A stretch of 64,000 nt of DNA, taken from the NCBI GenBank assembly GCA_036172245.1, contig JAYWIR010000036.1, forward strand, positions 310,001-374,000, in the 5' to 3' direction. The notes under the pieces are model-generated. The model had not been told where the DNA came from. It saw only the letters and a program-made list of their open reading frames with translations, and ran no database searches. This stretch comes from Raillietiella orientalis (Eukaryota). Positions 13,361 to 27,400 of the stretch are shown in pieces (position 1 is the first letter of the stretch; each line of letters starts with the position of its first letter). The translations under genes and the position numbers were made by a program.

Positions 13361-15721
13361 GCAGTCATGTTGGATCCAAATCAATGAACTTAAATGGTGA
13401 CTTCCATCCAAATGTGAATGAAACCAAGGATTCTGAATATGTTCCGGTATTTCATTAAGTATTAATAAAATCGAAATGGTTATCAGTTTATATTGTAAAA
13501 CCTAGCTGCTTTATTATTTTATTAAATATGCTCACATTTCACTTGAAACTGTACCTACTTTCATTGTAACCCAAATTCGAGTTCCTTTCCCATCACCTGC
13601 CATTATTTTGCTCGTTGAACCATTCAACCATTCTTCTTCTTCTCCACTTTAGGTTATTTTCCTGGATTCAATCTTTCTGGCGATCTGTGGAATGAGCTGT
13701 GCTTCATATTTTGCCCCGCGTGGTTTTGATCCAAGGGCACCCTGGAACCGCTTGTATCTTGTAGGAATGTTTATTTTTCCATCTGCACACCTCCGTCCAT
13801 GCTGGGTGACATTTCTGACGGGCAGCTTTTGTTTCCCCCAATTTTCAAGTCTGGACTTTTTTGCGATTCGCCGCCGTTCATTTCCGTGATTTTTGCTGGA
13901 GGTGGGAACGTCATGCCACCAGGATGCTCGGGAACTTCCCTGCTTCGAGAAGTTGCCCCAGCCGGATCGGTTCCTTCAAACACCCCCCTCCTTTTTTCGC
14001 CTCGGTGTGTGAGGACGCGAGCTGCTCGCCACGCGGAGCGGCCCTTCCGCAAGGGACCGCCTTCAGCTGGCAAGCATCAAGGGTGCCTTGCAAAGAGGTC
14101 ACCGACGCCCTCGAAGACGCAAACGAGGGCTTGCCAGTAGTTCGGGGGAGCACAAAAAGCATCGGCGGTTACATTGGGTGAAGTGCTGCTACCATTCTTC
14201 GCAGGCATGCATCCACCTGGATTCACACAGCTGAGTCCAAACAGACGTCATCAGCTGCACTTGCGCGCCTGGTTTAATTAATTCACCCGCCTAGGACCCT
14301 GTTTCCTCATGCACAAAAGTCCCCCCCGCAGAACTTGAATCTCCAGGGTTTCAAGAGGCCGAGCAGCCTGGAGCCTCTTCCAGGACACGTGCTGCATCCA
14401 CACCGACCTTCCTGCCTTTTGATCGCGCTTGCGGCTTCCGCAGCTTGCGGTGCTTCACGCACGATCGCGGCCTCCTGGGAAGGGTTTCCCACTTAGCAGA
14501 AGAAAAACGGGAAACAGTTGGCGCCTTCCGGGTTTCGCAGAACATGTCACGCACTTACGGAAAGTTGATGTGGAATCGTCCACCTCGGGTGTGTACAGAA
14601 CAGGCAAACCTACAATCCGTTCACCTCGTGCGAAGCGCTGTACACTGTACAGCCAATGCGCTTCTTCGGCACCCTTTCCTTATGCTTCCATCACATCCAT
14701 CTGTACAAACCTTCCCTTCGAAAACGGCTTCAAGGCACTGTTTGGGGGATCTCCGTCCAAGAAGAAAGACCATCATGCAAGCCAAAAAAAAAAAAAAAAG
14801 GATGCTACTGCAACAACTCAACCTTCAAATCCCAGCAGGGCATCTAATATGATTTGAATTGAAGATGCATTTCGATTCCACCCAACCATGGCAGAAAACA
14901 ATGTAAAATGACCTGACTGCTTTTGAATTCGCTACTGTAATGAATACTCATAAAAGTACCTGCAGTTACCAAGCGAACCGGAACACTTGAAAGTAAATGC
15001 AAAAGATCTATACTTCTTTTGATACCTGCACATAATTTTAAAAAGCTGGCATTATGAGACAGGTGATTAGGCACATCATGTGGGTGCTTTCATTATTCCA
15101 ATGCACTACCTTCATCAATAAAAACAGCATGCAAACAGCAAGACAGAATGTGAACCAGGGTTTTGGCAGGCTGAGATCTGTTTCACACTATGCATATTGC
15201 TTTGTCAAATACTAAGAGTGTGCTTGCATACTGCATTCATGCTAATTGGGATTGCCGAGTTTGCATGCATTCCACTCACTGCATATTCTCTACATTGAGG
15301 GAGACCATTACCACTTATTTGGTGGCAATTATTTTATCAAAAAAGTGTACTTCTTTAGTCTTGCAGTCACTAATATGGAACCTCCCATCCAGCTCTGCTA
15401 AACCTTTTATTACACATTTCAATTCTGTTATAGTATATTTGTACCTTTGCTATTACATACTCTACTTGGAATGCTATTACAGACTACATCTTCTAGTGAA
15501 TTGGAATCAGTGTAGACAACTAGATGCAGATACATCATGTGTACCTGCATTCCACTACGGCTCTACAAAAACTTGCAAGTATGCTACAGCTGCTGATTGA
15601 AGAAAAGATTTTTAAAGAGATGGACTGATGAGCATCAAACGTTTGAAAAAGAAAAAAAAACAGCAGACCATAGCTAAGGCACCTGAGAGTGCTTCACATA
15701 TGCAAGTTTGAGTCACAGAGA

Positions 15722-17252
15722 TCAATCAGAAGTAACAGGTAAACGTAAAGGGCTACCACGTGGATCATCAAACTGGTCCATTACTTCCACAGAGAACAGC
15801 CATGACAAGGCCCATGCCAAAAAGATTGCCAGAAGAAAAACTATAGTTCCACCTTCTAGTATGGGGATTGTAAAGAAACCAACACAATCATATGGCTCTA
15901 AAAACTTTTTGGGGAAACTTTCACTCCATTCCACTTGCAACTGGAGAGAAGTAAAGAATCTGAAGAACTGGAGGAAGGCAAACAACCGACTTACCTGAAT
16001 CCTCATAAGCTCCAAACAAGCACCCAATCCTTGCTGACCAGGAAGAAGGTTCCAGATACCTTCTTGTGAGCAGTGATATGAATACTTTTCAGGAGCATTC
16101 AGAGATTTCACAGACAGCTGGGATGTTATAGAATCTACATTGGATGTGCTCACTTGCCCGTTTGCCATTACTGTTGCATTGACTATTGCCCACTCAGATA
16201 GTCCATGCTCAGAATACAATCTAAAAAAGCAATCTGACTACTGTTTAGGACAGTCTCACTGTAGTTCAAGGGTGACACCATCTTTCTGAGGAAACTTGAG
16301 GATCAGAGTACTGGTGCCATTGTGGCAATCTTCCTCAACATCAGGAAGCCCATCCACTTCAACAGTCTTTGAACGTGCAAAGGTTCCATTAATCAACTGT
16401 TTGCCGATATGTAGCTTAAGATGATCAAAATACAACAGAAAACATTGTCCAGAGTACAATATGCCATCATTATAATGCACAGCTGGTGTACGAACTCCAC
16501 GTGTTTTCCGCTGATGTACCTCAATTGAGTCTTGCTTCACTCCAGAATGTATATAAAGTGTGTGGCGGCTTGGCAGTAAAGGGATCAGTTGTTTCAGAAA
16601 TGTGTCAACTTAGCATATCATTCAATGACAGTCAGATATGTTTTCAAGCTTACCAGTATTTAATGGTACATTGGCTATGATCAAATTTTTGTCATCCCAA
16701 TTCACCTGCAGCAGCTGCCCAACTAGACTTTTTGATATGTCGATGTGATGCAATGCATATTGAAACTGCAATTTCTGAACCAGGGATTCTGGCATTTCAG
16801 CTTGTCCCCAAAACAAGGATGTACTATTACTCAATAATTTTTGGAGTTCTGGCATCTCATTGTTTCTGAAGCTCTCAAGTCTAAGCTGCAAACAGAAAAG
16901 ACTGAATGAAAAATCCCATAACAAAGCAAGAAAACACAAAAGCACATACACAACATGCTGCTAACCGTGTCACTTTGAAGAAGTATCACATTCTTGTTGC
17001 CCTGAAGCAAAGGATGCACATGCTTCATTACTTGCTGATCATCAGGTACTCCCAACCTGACAAATTTGGTGAGACTCCCAAAAAATCAACTGCATACCAA
17101 TCAATGATGTCTGTATCAATTTCACCTATGTTGTTTTCAGATGGAGTCCATAACAGGGCAGGTACATCCGAGAGTGTAAATATGGAAGGAACCAGCAGGA
17201 ACACTCCCCAAGAGATCACAAACCATACCTTGTGGAGATGCTCATGTAACAT
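15722..17252 (-). CDS. ATP6AP1: V-type proton ATPase subunit S1 (Ac45), ~423 aa, 6 exons
   Basis: Exons 17252-17098, 17056-16966, 16885-16654, 16608-16260, 16220-15995, 15940-15722 are GT-AG and in frame (1272 nt). A signal-like N-terminus is followed by VPALLW; the luminal region has YSYHC; the C-terminus DCVGFFTIPILEG-TM-MDQFDDPRG is the Ac45 hallmark. The start could instead be the ATG at 17258 or 17300. Confidence 0.9.
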
Positions 17253-19299
17253 TATCATCTTGACATATAATGACTCTAAAAAAATTATCAAAATTACCAT
17301 GGTGAGATTTTCCTTTTCATAGCACGATCATGATGCTTCCTGATTTATTTCCAATTTGTATTTCAAATACAAATTAAAAGCTCAATCGAATTACCATTAT
17401 CCAGATTAAGAGTGTCTCTATAAGATAATTCTCAATGCATTCAGAACGTTTGGCAGAAAAACATAAACACAAACAAGTCACCAATGGTGTACATTAGCAT
17501 ATTTGTTTCGTGTCTGATGGACTACCGGATTTGAAAGTATGAACTCAAAATGACCAACACTCAAGGAATACCCCGATCCAACAGTCCGCAAAAACACAAA
17601 CTCCAACGATAAACTGCACCAAGTATTTACCGTAAAGGCCACGGATCACTTTGCAGGAGAATCATTCGAGAATTTTTTTTTTTACATTTTTGTACCGTAT
17701 TTCGTGTAGTTCTGATATTTTGTCAAAGCAAACGATGCGTCACTGCTGTGCAGCTGTACCACCATTCTTTTTTCCTAGGGTTTAGAACCGACCTATAAAT
17801 CCGGACTGACACCTGACAGGCCAAAAAAAAAGGGGGGGGGGAAGGGGTAAAAAAAAAAAAAAAAAAAATCTTTTTAATTTCTTGCCGACCGTGTGGTTAC
17901 GCAGGACGGATGCTGCTGCACAGCTCCCGCGGCAACGGACGCACGTTCGGCGCAACCCGGAACTCCCGAAGCGCGACGTCCCTCGACGCGGCGGCGGCGC
18001 CCCCCCCTCCTCCCCAAAAGGTCGCGGCCGCGGAGGGACAGCTGCAGCCCGCAGACCCGGAAAAGCAACGAGCAGCAGCATGGCGGTGGACACACCTCGG
18101 GGGTACCACCACGTGACTACACCCAGTGCACAGGATCCCTGACGGCGGTGGGTTTATCTTGGGATCGCCTGCCGATAGGGTCGATATCTACAAACGTTAC
18201 CCAACGTCTCTTGCGTCACGTGCTGCGGACACGCAAGCGACCTTCTGCTGTCGTGCTGGTAAGGCAAGCGGCAGGAAAACCAAGTTGGATGCATCCATCT
18301 TGGTGCTTGTAATGAAAGGCAAGCATCGCAAACACCTTCCTTCTCCACACTGCAGTCGAGCGTGTCCGGAAGTGCCGAAATGTTCCAACGTATCTGTTTC
18401 TACTGCTGCTGTCGTTCACTACGGCGGTGAACATTGTCGGTACAGACAGATCTCAAACGAAGACCCACGAAGCACGATAGGTTCCACATGGACACTAGAA
18501 AAAAGGAAAAAAGCCCAAAACAATAGGCACAGGGAGTCTCACGTCCTGTGTCCTTGATTAATCAAAATACGACTGGTAACTTAAATGACGTTTTCTCACA
18601 TATATTATATTCCCATATAAAAGCGCAGACAAGGATGATCAAGGGAAAGAGACCAGCCATGGCCTCAAGCAGAGACCAGCCATTCAAATAGCATCGTAGG
18701 ATTAAACTTCAAAATTCGGAAAGCAGAGAATGTTCCCGAAAGTTCTAAATGACTCATTTTTACTACTTAATTTACAAGTTTCTGCATTTTTTCAGTTTCA
18801 CAAATGTTGCTTATGTGTTGACCATAAGCATATTCAAGCATATTCCCATACAAAATGAAAAATGAACTGCCTTAATAGATCGAACGTTTGATTCAGCACA
18901 TTTATAAGTTATCCAATTAATCCACTTTGTCATTATTCATCTGTGAGTAAAGGAAAATACACGATTTATGTAATTTCTAATAAGATTCCATTTAATACGA
19001 CTTCATAAACTCATAATATTTACAAACTCTAATTATGCAGTTAGAAGACAAGATGGGCAACCATAGCAACCTTGCAGTAGCAGTAGAAGAAAATTAATTT
19101 TGAATGAAGCAGACTCACAGTAAAAACATTGTCCTTTACAGAAGGAACCTAAATTTTCTTAACAAATTAGTATGAAGCCTGGGAATTTACACAGAGTCTT
19201 GGAAAGTTACATAAAAATGCAATAATCCATTTATCTTCACTCTATTTTTGAAGTGCAAATTAAATCTCAAAAAGCAATCTGTGATTCCTCTCAGCGCCT

Positions 19300-20050
19300 T
19301 CGTTAAATGACGAAGATTTTGATTATACTTTAGATAAACAAGGCATGAAATAGAAATACCCACACAAGTTTTGGGTAATTTCGGAATCATCAGTAGAGTG
19401 TTCGATATCATAAAGGATACGGAAACGATGATGCAGTTCCCAAGAGATGGTAATCCAAGAGACGAGGACCACTGCCGTTTAATACGAAGCCACAGTTCTA
19501 AGAACTGTGGCTTGAAATGTGAGATATGCAGTGCAAGGTCTAGAATTTCTCCTTCATCTTAGCCCTTAAGCGAAAATTCGAATTCAGTGTGCTTCTTCCC
19601 TAAATTTTGAATGAGAACAACGTGTTCGGAGAGGTAGGGAACGAGCCTCTGAGGAATATTCAAGCGGTATATAATGGAACGGAAAAGGTTCAGACCGAGT
19701 GAAAATTCAAGGTCGAGAATCCGGTGGAACCACGCAAGTTGCAATTTGGCTCTGACGAGGCCGGATGTGAATATTCAACCTGGAATGGACATGCGAGCAG
19801 TGAATAAACCCTGGAACATTGACTATTCGCACTGCATTTCAGTGAGAAACAGTGGGAAAACTGACTGAAGGAAAGATGGCGTTCGTGGATCTTTCTTCTG
19901 CAGTGTTGGCAAGCGCTGCAAGTGTTTTGCTGGTGCGACGAAACCAAACTGGCGGAAATGAGTCGAAACGATCCTCATTAAACGCGCGCGCGTCCCGAAA
20001 ACAAGCAAACCACATGGTCCAGGATAATTTCCAGCGAGACCGTTTTATCC
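19300..20050 (-). mobile_element. Decayed CR1/Jockey-like RT fragment
   Basis: RQFGF, ILDLE..SIIYRLNIP.RLVPYLS and STDDSEI (FADD.KI) occur in order. Confidence 0.4.
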
Positions 20051-21481
20051 TCCAGCAGTGATTACTGCAAGGCAAGGGCAAACGAAGGTCCGCAGTTCGT
20101 TTTTTACAACGAAGACCGCATATGGATAAAGAAGCTTCGGATGCAGAGGAGAAAATTCTTCGTGTCAGGTTTTTTTTTTTTTGCTGCTCCCAAACAAAGG
20201 GAAATCTCTGCGTGGAAACCGCAGCCATCCCAATGCAGCTAGGGCAAAAAAAGCTCCGTTCTCGCCATAAGGGTAACCCTCGCTTAGTGCTCAAATGCGA
20301 CCTTGGGGTCCGAATCCTGAAATGTGGGATGCCCGCCGTCTTTGTTGGCTTGCCGAACCACGTTCCAGGAACGCCGTGCTTGGGATTGCCACTGCCACTC
20401 TGCTCGTCAAGAACTGCGTCATGTGCTCGACTACTTGACTGAAAAAAAAAAAAAAGAAAAAGGAAGGGGAGGGGACAAGGAAGGGAGGATGGGAAACAGA
20501 GCCAGCAGCATCACGGATTTGGAGCAGATCTGCTGGAAAATCACGCATCACGAGAGCGGCTGCGGAATGCTCGGTGTCCGCTGCAGGCTTCCGCCGGTGG
20601 TTCTTTTCATAAGAGTCAGCCTGGCAGCAAGGGTGGGCCACTCCGGTCTTAAGCAGCTTCGTGCCACTACTGGCAGTGAGGGTGCAGCTTTCGCCCTCCC
20701 TCTTCCTTTCCACAGAAGTGAGGTCTTCACTGTCTTCGTCGGCTACTCATTCGGACGGTTCGACCATTCCTCCTTCTCCTGTGGCTGGGAAGAAAGTAGA
20801 CAAAGAAACTAGGTGGTCTGCGTGAGGAAGGACGGCCTTCCAGTCGCCTCTGATGACGCTTCCGACTTCCCTCTCTCCCCCCTCCCTCAAATGGTGTGAA
20901 GGTCCTTCCTATCTCCGCGAGTTCAAGGTATTCAGCTCAGCTGTGTGTGTATGTTTTTTCTTTCCCCATCCCGACCATTCCCTTTTTAGAGAGACCTTTT
21001 TCCAGTCCGGTCCACAACAGGAAGTGACACCACGGTTCCGGGTTTCGAGGGTTCGCGGTCAAAGAGGGCCTCTCCTCTCAGACTCTAGTGAGCGGTTCCG
21101 ACCTCTTCCCTGCTTCCTCCTCCTCTGCTCGCTCGCCGCGCTTCCCGAAGACGCGGAGTCTTCCATTCCGGAAAGTCGTCCATCTAGGGGGTACTCGGGA
21201 AACGAGAGAGGGACGGAAAAGGTTTTTTCCGTCCCGCCTGCGAAGATCCGTCCGCGATCCCTCTCGCTCTTCTTCCTGTTCCTCTCTTTGCTCAGGAAGT
21301 CCTCTGGCAGACCTATGCCGAAGCTCTTCCCACCTTCCCTGGTGGTGGTGGGGGATAAAAGATCGCGTGGGTGGTGGAGTCTGGAGTTGTTGGGGGAAAT
21401 GGGTGTGGTGAGAGGGGCGGGGGGGGGTAAGACGACCAACAAGCGCTGCTGTTGAGTTGGTCCTGGGGGCAGTCGCTATGG

Positions 21482-24400
21482 TCACTTCGGAAGGTCGGCG
21501 GTTCCCCGCGTGTCCTCCTCCTCGTGGACGTCCGCCTCTCCCCTCCGCATCAGGGAGCCCACGAGGCGCTCCAGGATCCGAGCGCGATTCCCTTCGCAGC
21601 AGAGGTGCAGACCGCAAAGGAACACCAGCAGGTAGGCCAGCGTGTGCCTGGTGGCCTTCGAGGGGAGGAGTGGGGTGGTAGCAGGAGACGCCGTCGTTCC
21701 CCGCCCTCTCCTACCTCGTCCAGGTCGGATAGGACTATCTCCTTACTCGCAAGAGCGCACGGACGGGAGCCGCTCTCCTCCTCTTCCGGGAAGGCATCGC
21801 CGAGATCGGGCAGCGCAGCGGGCGCCTCCAGGTGCTCCAGCCAAGAGTACAGCAGTCCGGAGAGCACGGAGGGGTCCGTCTCCACCGAAACGGTCCTCCA
21901 GGACGACGCGCAGCCACCGTTCATCTTCTCCCGCAGGAAGGACACCCGCAACCTCACGTCCTCGCGCTCGGAGACGCCTCCCCTCAAGAGCTCTCTCTCC
22001 ACGGCGAACGCCTGGAACGAGAGAAGTCCTCTTCCTGCAGCCCTCCACTCTGAAAGGTCTGGTTTTTCCCAGGAGTCTGCCTGTAGTCCTCAGTCCGAGC
22101 TGGAGGAAACTTCACAGCGTCCCTGCCTGCGCGATGCGCTTTTCTGAGCCTCCTCCTCCTCCAAGGGGAGGGCTCTCTTGTGCCCGACGCTCCTCCGGGA
22201 CAGGACACCGACCCTCCAGAAGTCCCCTCGGATCAGGTCTGAGCCTCCTCGTCACGGATCAGGTCCATGGAACTCTCCTCCCTTCCTGCTCTTCCGCCCT
22301 CAGAATCCGGATGCGCCCGCTCCCGACTTGAAAGGGAGGAGGTGGAGACAGAGAGATGGGGAAGAACAGGAAGAACAGGAAGAGGGAAGGAAAGGAGGAA
22401 ATAGCCGCGTTTCACGCGTCGGCACGCGATGCTCCCTCCTCTGCAGAGTGAGAGAAGAAACTCGTAGCCGCCACATCCTTAGAAATGCAGCACGCTTCTT
22501 CGAGAGACCGTCCACCCTATGAGGAGGAATCCTCTAGCATCTCACTTTTTTATCAGAGTCCTTTTCCGGCGTCCTTTGAGCGCTTTGAGAGCTAGCGGGG
22601 AAAGGAGAGTCTCGAGCTTCATTGGGAACCTTGATTCTGGAGGAGGGATCAATGACGGCACTGCTGGCTCCACCGGTGATAGAGTGTGCCTGTCCTCGTT
22701 GATGACAGCTGTGCAGGAATCAGCGGAGATCGCGGAAGCAGAGAAGCTCATTCGGAGTGCGCGCGACTCCTTCATGGCACTCCGCCGCGTGACTTATTCA
22801 ACCAGGGGAAAAATTCCCCAATAATTTCCTCCACGCAACCATTGACCGAGTAGCTCTTTTCCCACGCTGCTAGTCGATCCCTCTTGACCGGGATTTTCCT
22901 GCTCCCTGGGCCATTTTTCAATGCCTCCTTCCTGATAATTAACGAAAATGCTCCTGCCGCTGCCCTCACGCTCTGGATATCTGCGAACTGCGGACCGCCT
23001 GCGTGCAAGCCGTCCCTAAGCAACGAGAGTGCACGCCTAGGGTCTGGAGATACGGCGAGTTTCTTGCCTGCTGCTGTTCTCATCCATTCTGCGCGCTTGA
23101 GCTAGCGGCAACTTGCGAACACCGGATGAGCACATGGCTAGGACTTCCCGCCCGGTACTGTGCACTATCAGATGTTTTTGTGTCTCTACGAGACGCAGAT
23201 ATGTGCTGCTAGCAGCGGTGGCACTTCTTTCGTGGGATGAAAGAAATGCTCCCCGATGAGACGAATTTGTCGCGCAACGACTACAAGTTTCAACTGCTGT
23301 CTGATTTGTTTAAATTTAGAAGCCTTCGCACGAAACATCTAACCCTAATCGAAAGTTTCAACAATGCTCCAATTTGTGCTGCTAAATTTAGAAGCCTTCG
23401 CACGAAACATCCAACCCTAACCGAAAGTTTCAACAATGCTCCAATTTGTGCTGCTAAATTTAGAAGCCTTCGCACGAAACATCCAACCCTAACCGAAAGT
23501 TTCAACAATGCTCCAATTTGTGCTGCTAAATTTAGAAGCCTTCGCACGAAACATCCAACCCTAACCGAAAGTTTCAACAATTCCCCAATTCAAGCTACGT
23601 ATCTTGGACTCTTTTGAACGAAATTCTTCAGTTGTAAAGGCTGTATGGGGTATTCTGCATCCTAGCTAGGGGATGTGAAGAATGCTCTTGCTCGTGGGTC
23701 TCTCGTGGAAGAATTCCAAGCACCAAGCTGCAAAAAACCCGGTGCACTTCCCCAATGTAGACAACCACTTTGCAATGTAAACTTTCTGAATGAATGGGGA
23801 GTTGGAAACGAATCCGTGGCTGTCATTTTCTCGTTGTCGTGTGTCTCTAAGATTGCGCTTGTGAATGATGAGACGGGGTATCGGCTCCGCCAGTCGAAAA
23901 GAACGAAGGATGGAATTCAGGAAGCGACAGCATGGGAAGGTGAATCGAGTCATCCAGAGGGAAGAAACACCATCACATAAGTGACCCGTGTGATGGTGAG
24001 TCCAGCCGCTGATGGCTGGGAACGTGTTGGGGCAGAGATTTGAGTGCGCCGCGATTCATGGACCCCCTGGCATGCTGCTGCTTCCTCCCTATTCTGTCCA
24101 CTGCAATTCCCGGAAAATTGTGTTTCCAGGAATCCTTCAATCTCAGGATTCAGCAGTCGGATCTTCAGTAGCATTCACCAGCACTGCCTCGAGAGAACTA
24201 CACTCGACGAGGAGTGGGAAGGGAGACGAAGTTATGGAAACTTCTGGAGAGAAATAAGCAATTCCTGAGGAGACTGGGTTTCCGTGCTTCCGCCTCGCGT
24301 TTCTCACGGTTCCTTTCTTCCTGCACAGGAGACCCCAGAGAAGAAAGAGGAAGGGCTGGTACCTGCTCTCCGGTTTCCCCAGTAACCGACGATGGCACAC

Positions 24401-27400
24401 ACGCCTTCCCCCGTCACGCGGAGAGGTTCCGATCGACTCCCCTCCTGGGGGATCGTCGGCAGGTTTTCTGGCAATGGAAATTCTTGGGTTCTTCTTTTTC
24501 TTCTGTCTTCGCTGTTTTCCTTTCAGATTTTTTTTTTAAGAGTTTTCTTTTTTTTGGTTCGCTAAGTACCTCAGAGCCGGTCGCGTGCCTCGCGGCGCAC
24601 ATGGCTCTTTTTAAACATTAAACACTGCTTTGTTTCCAAGCCTCTCCGCCCGCGGCAGCCCGCAGGGGGGCGTGTAATTATTCAGTGTAATTCTTCAGGA
24701 TAGGGGGCACCCCGGGATGGGGGTCCGCCCTATGAATCCAGGAAGGGCTCGGAGTCTGTTCCTCTCACGCTTGGGGAGGGATCCCCCCGGGATGGGGGTC
24801 CGCCCTATGAATCCAGGAAGGGCTCGGAGTCCGTTCCTCTCACGCTTGGGGAGGGATCCCCCCGGACGGGGGGATCGCGCCTCCAACCCTGGTTGTCTCC
24901 GGAGGGGAATCCCGGAGGGAATCTCCTTCCTCATTCTCTCCGGAGGGACCATCCCGGAAGGGGGGTGGTCCTCTCCATTTCAACTTCTCCGAAGGGAACC
25001 CGGAAAGGATCCACTAGTAGGAATTTCTTCTCCGGAGTAAACCCGCAAGGGAACCGCACCTGTTCACTCCTCTGAAGAGAACCCCGAAGGGATGCTTCCG
25101 AAAATCAGAAGGAGCGCTGCAGCTTCCCGCAGGGAATCGCTCTCGCTTGCTTCCTCGTGCACTCTGTGAAGAGGCGACGACTCGGAGGGTCCCCCACCGC
25201 AACGGGGAGGGTCCGCTCCTTTGAACAACTGGAGAGGTGCCCGTGAGGGCTCCTGCTCCATCTTGAAACCGGAGGAGTCCCCCGCTGACGGGGGTCCGCT
25301 CTCCGTTGCACGACCGGAGGGGGAACTCCCCACTCCTTTATTCCTGGAAGAACCCGAAGGTCACCTCCCATTGTTCCAGCCTTCATCGGGGTCTCCAGCT
25401 TAAACCACCACCAGTGCCAGCACGAATGTCTCGGTCAACCAGAGCCATCTTGCAGGCGGAAACCAGGAACCCAAGGACGCAGTGGCGTCAGTTTCTGCCG
25501 GAGTATTCGAACCCGCGACGCATGGTGCCACACGCGGAAGCCTTAACCACAAGGTCTCCGACGCGGGCCAAGATTGGTCCAGCCAAATATCCTAGTTGGC
25601 TGTGAGGAGCGAGTGCGAAGAAGTGAAAACCCGAAAAGCGCGTCTACCTTTGTCCTCAGTGCAAAGTTCAGAAAGATCCTAGTCGCAAAAAAAACTTCCC
25701 CTCGAAGGGGCTCGACGCTTACCTGCCCCTCTTCCCACCCCACCTTATTGAGCAGCCCTCAGTTTCCTCCTTTCTACCCTTCCTGCTGTATTTCTGCCGG
25801 AAGCCAAGGAGACCCGGTTTTGATTTCGGATGAACAACGGTAGGCGCGTCTTTCCCTTTTCTTAAGAAAAGAGGAGCGGGAGATGAGCACAGAAAAGGAA
25901 AGGAAGGAGCAGCGGGAGCGGAGAAAGGGACAAAGAAGGCACAAAGACGGAGGCGAGCACAGAAACCAGAGTGCCATTTCCCTGGAGATGGGCTTACCAG
26001 CTGGTTGAGGTCCCTGCTTTCGATCAGTCCGTGCAGGGAGACCGCGGAAGACAGCTGCTTCTGGCGGCTGCTTCTCACGGGAGGCCAGGAGCATCGAGCC
26101 AAGTTGGCTGTCGGCGGTCGCGGGGTTCTCCGAGTTTTGCCGAACCGCGGGTCGCGACCGTGTCCGACAGAAGGGCGCAGCGGTCCCCCGGGTCTGCAGT
26201 CTAAAGAGAGAAAGGAACGTTGGCGCTGGCGCTCCACCGTGACCCCGGGAGAGGAAGCAAGGGCGAAATGGGAAGGAGCAGACCTGAACAGGCACCACCA
26301 GTCAGCTGTAGGCGCTCTGCGAGCCGCCGTACTGCCCATTGGTCCGTTTCCCTCGCGAAATCCAGTGCACTGACGAGGATGCGCACGGGGCAGTCAAACT
26401 CCTCCCTCCTGGAGAAGACGACGCCGGTCGGGAAGTGCGTCAGGTTCAGCTCGAGCAGCCGGTTGCACACTGCCATGACTACCTAAGAGGAAGCATCGTG
26501 TGACACAGAGAGGAAGTGGAGGAGGCCAGAGAGAGAGAGAAAGGGGGTGGGAGTTGACGCCAGTGGATCCGAGGACGAAGGGGGGGGGGGCGCACAGCCC
26601 CATTCTCTCTAGCACCCGGAACGCAGCCAGAGAGTCCGACTGCTATGGGGACTGAGGCACCCTGTCACCAGCGGTGGAGGAGAAGGAAGGACAAAGTCTT
26701 TGAGGGAATGCACCCATTGGCAACGATCTGACGGTGATCTGCGGTGCCTCCAGTGCAAGACTCGGACGCGCTCGGAGTGACCGCTTGGATTGGTTCCCGG
26801 AATTATCACAAGACGCTGGGCTGGGCAGACGACACTCGAGAGCCGGGGAGCCTCTCCAGGGCAGGGAATGTCTTCCAGCTGGGAAGGGCCATCGACCTCG
26901 CGAGGTGCGCCATCGGAAGGAAGAGTCGTAGACGCGCGCGGGGGAAGCCGCTGCGACGGCGATGGCAGGCATCACGCGAGTGTACCTGACGCTGGTTCTC
27001 GAGCGCGACACGTGACCTGCGTTTCCCGTCGCTCGGAGAGCTGCGTCCCTTCCTCTTTGTACCTTTGAGACAGAAAAAGAGCGTCGTTCTCGAAGAGATA
27101 GTCCGGTCTCTCGTGGCACTCCTGAGGTGGGAGCTTCCCAGCGAGTGACCTGAACTGCTCCTGCCGTCGAAGAACTGAACCCATTACGAGTCCCCCTCCC
27201 TTCCTCCCTTGCTCCTCTTTCCATCCTCCCTTCCCTCCTTTTTCCTCCTCCCATCCTCTCTTACTCCTCCTTCCTCTCCCTTCCTCCTCCTCCTCCTGCT
27301 TTTGTGGGGATCCCGCCCCGCCCGCTCGGCGGTTCCCCGCCTCCACCCACTTCTCTTCCCACTTGCCTTGGGGAGATGCCTGAGCAGGCGCGCCTCGGCT

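Noticed and set aside
17782..18081. Minus-strand ORF with strong Kozak context (ccaccgccATG) and hydrophobic start MLLLVAFPGL as ATP6AP1 exon 1 or a secreted peptide
   Set aside because: No convincing splice donor or homology, and ATP6AP1 already has a signal-like N-terminus at 17252.
23237..23617. 126-aa repeat protein ORF
   Set aside because: It is explained by the 72-nt minisatellite, with no independent coding evidence.
25496..25562. Functional tRNA-His gene
   Set aside because: Only ~67 nt, with broken T and anticodon stems and no oligo-T terminator. It continues into a repeat body, so it is a SINE head.
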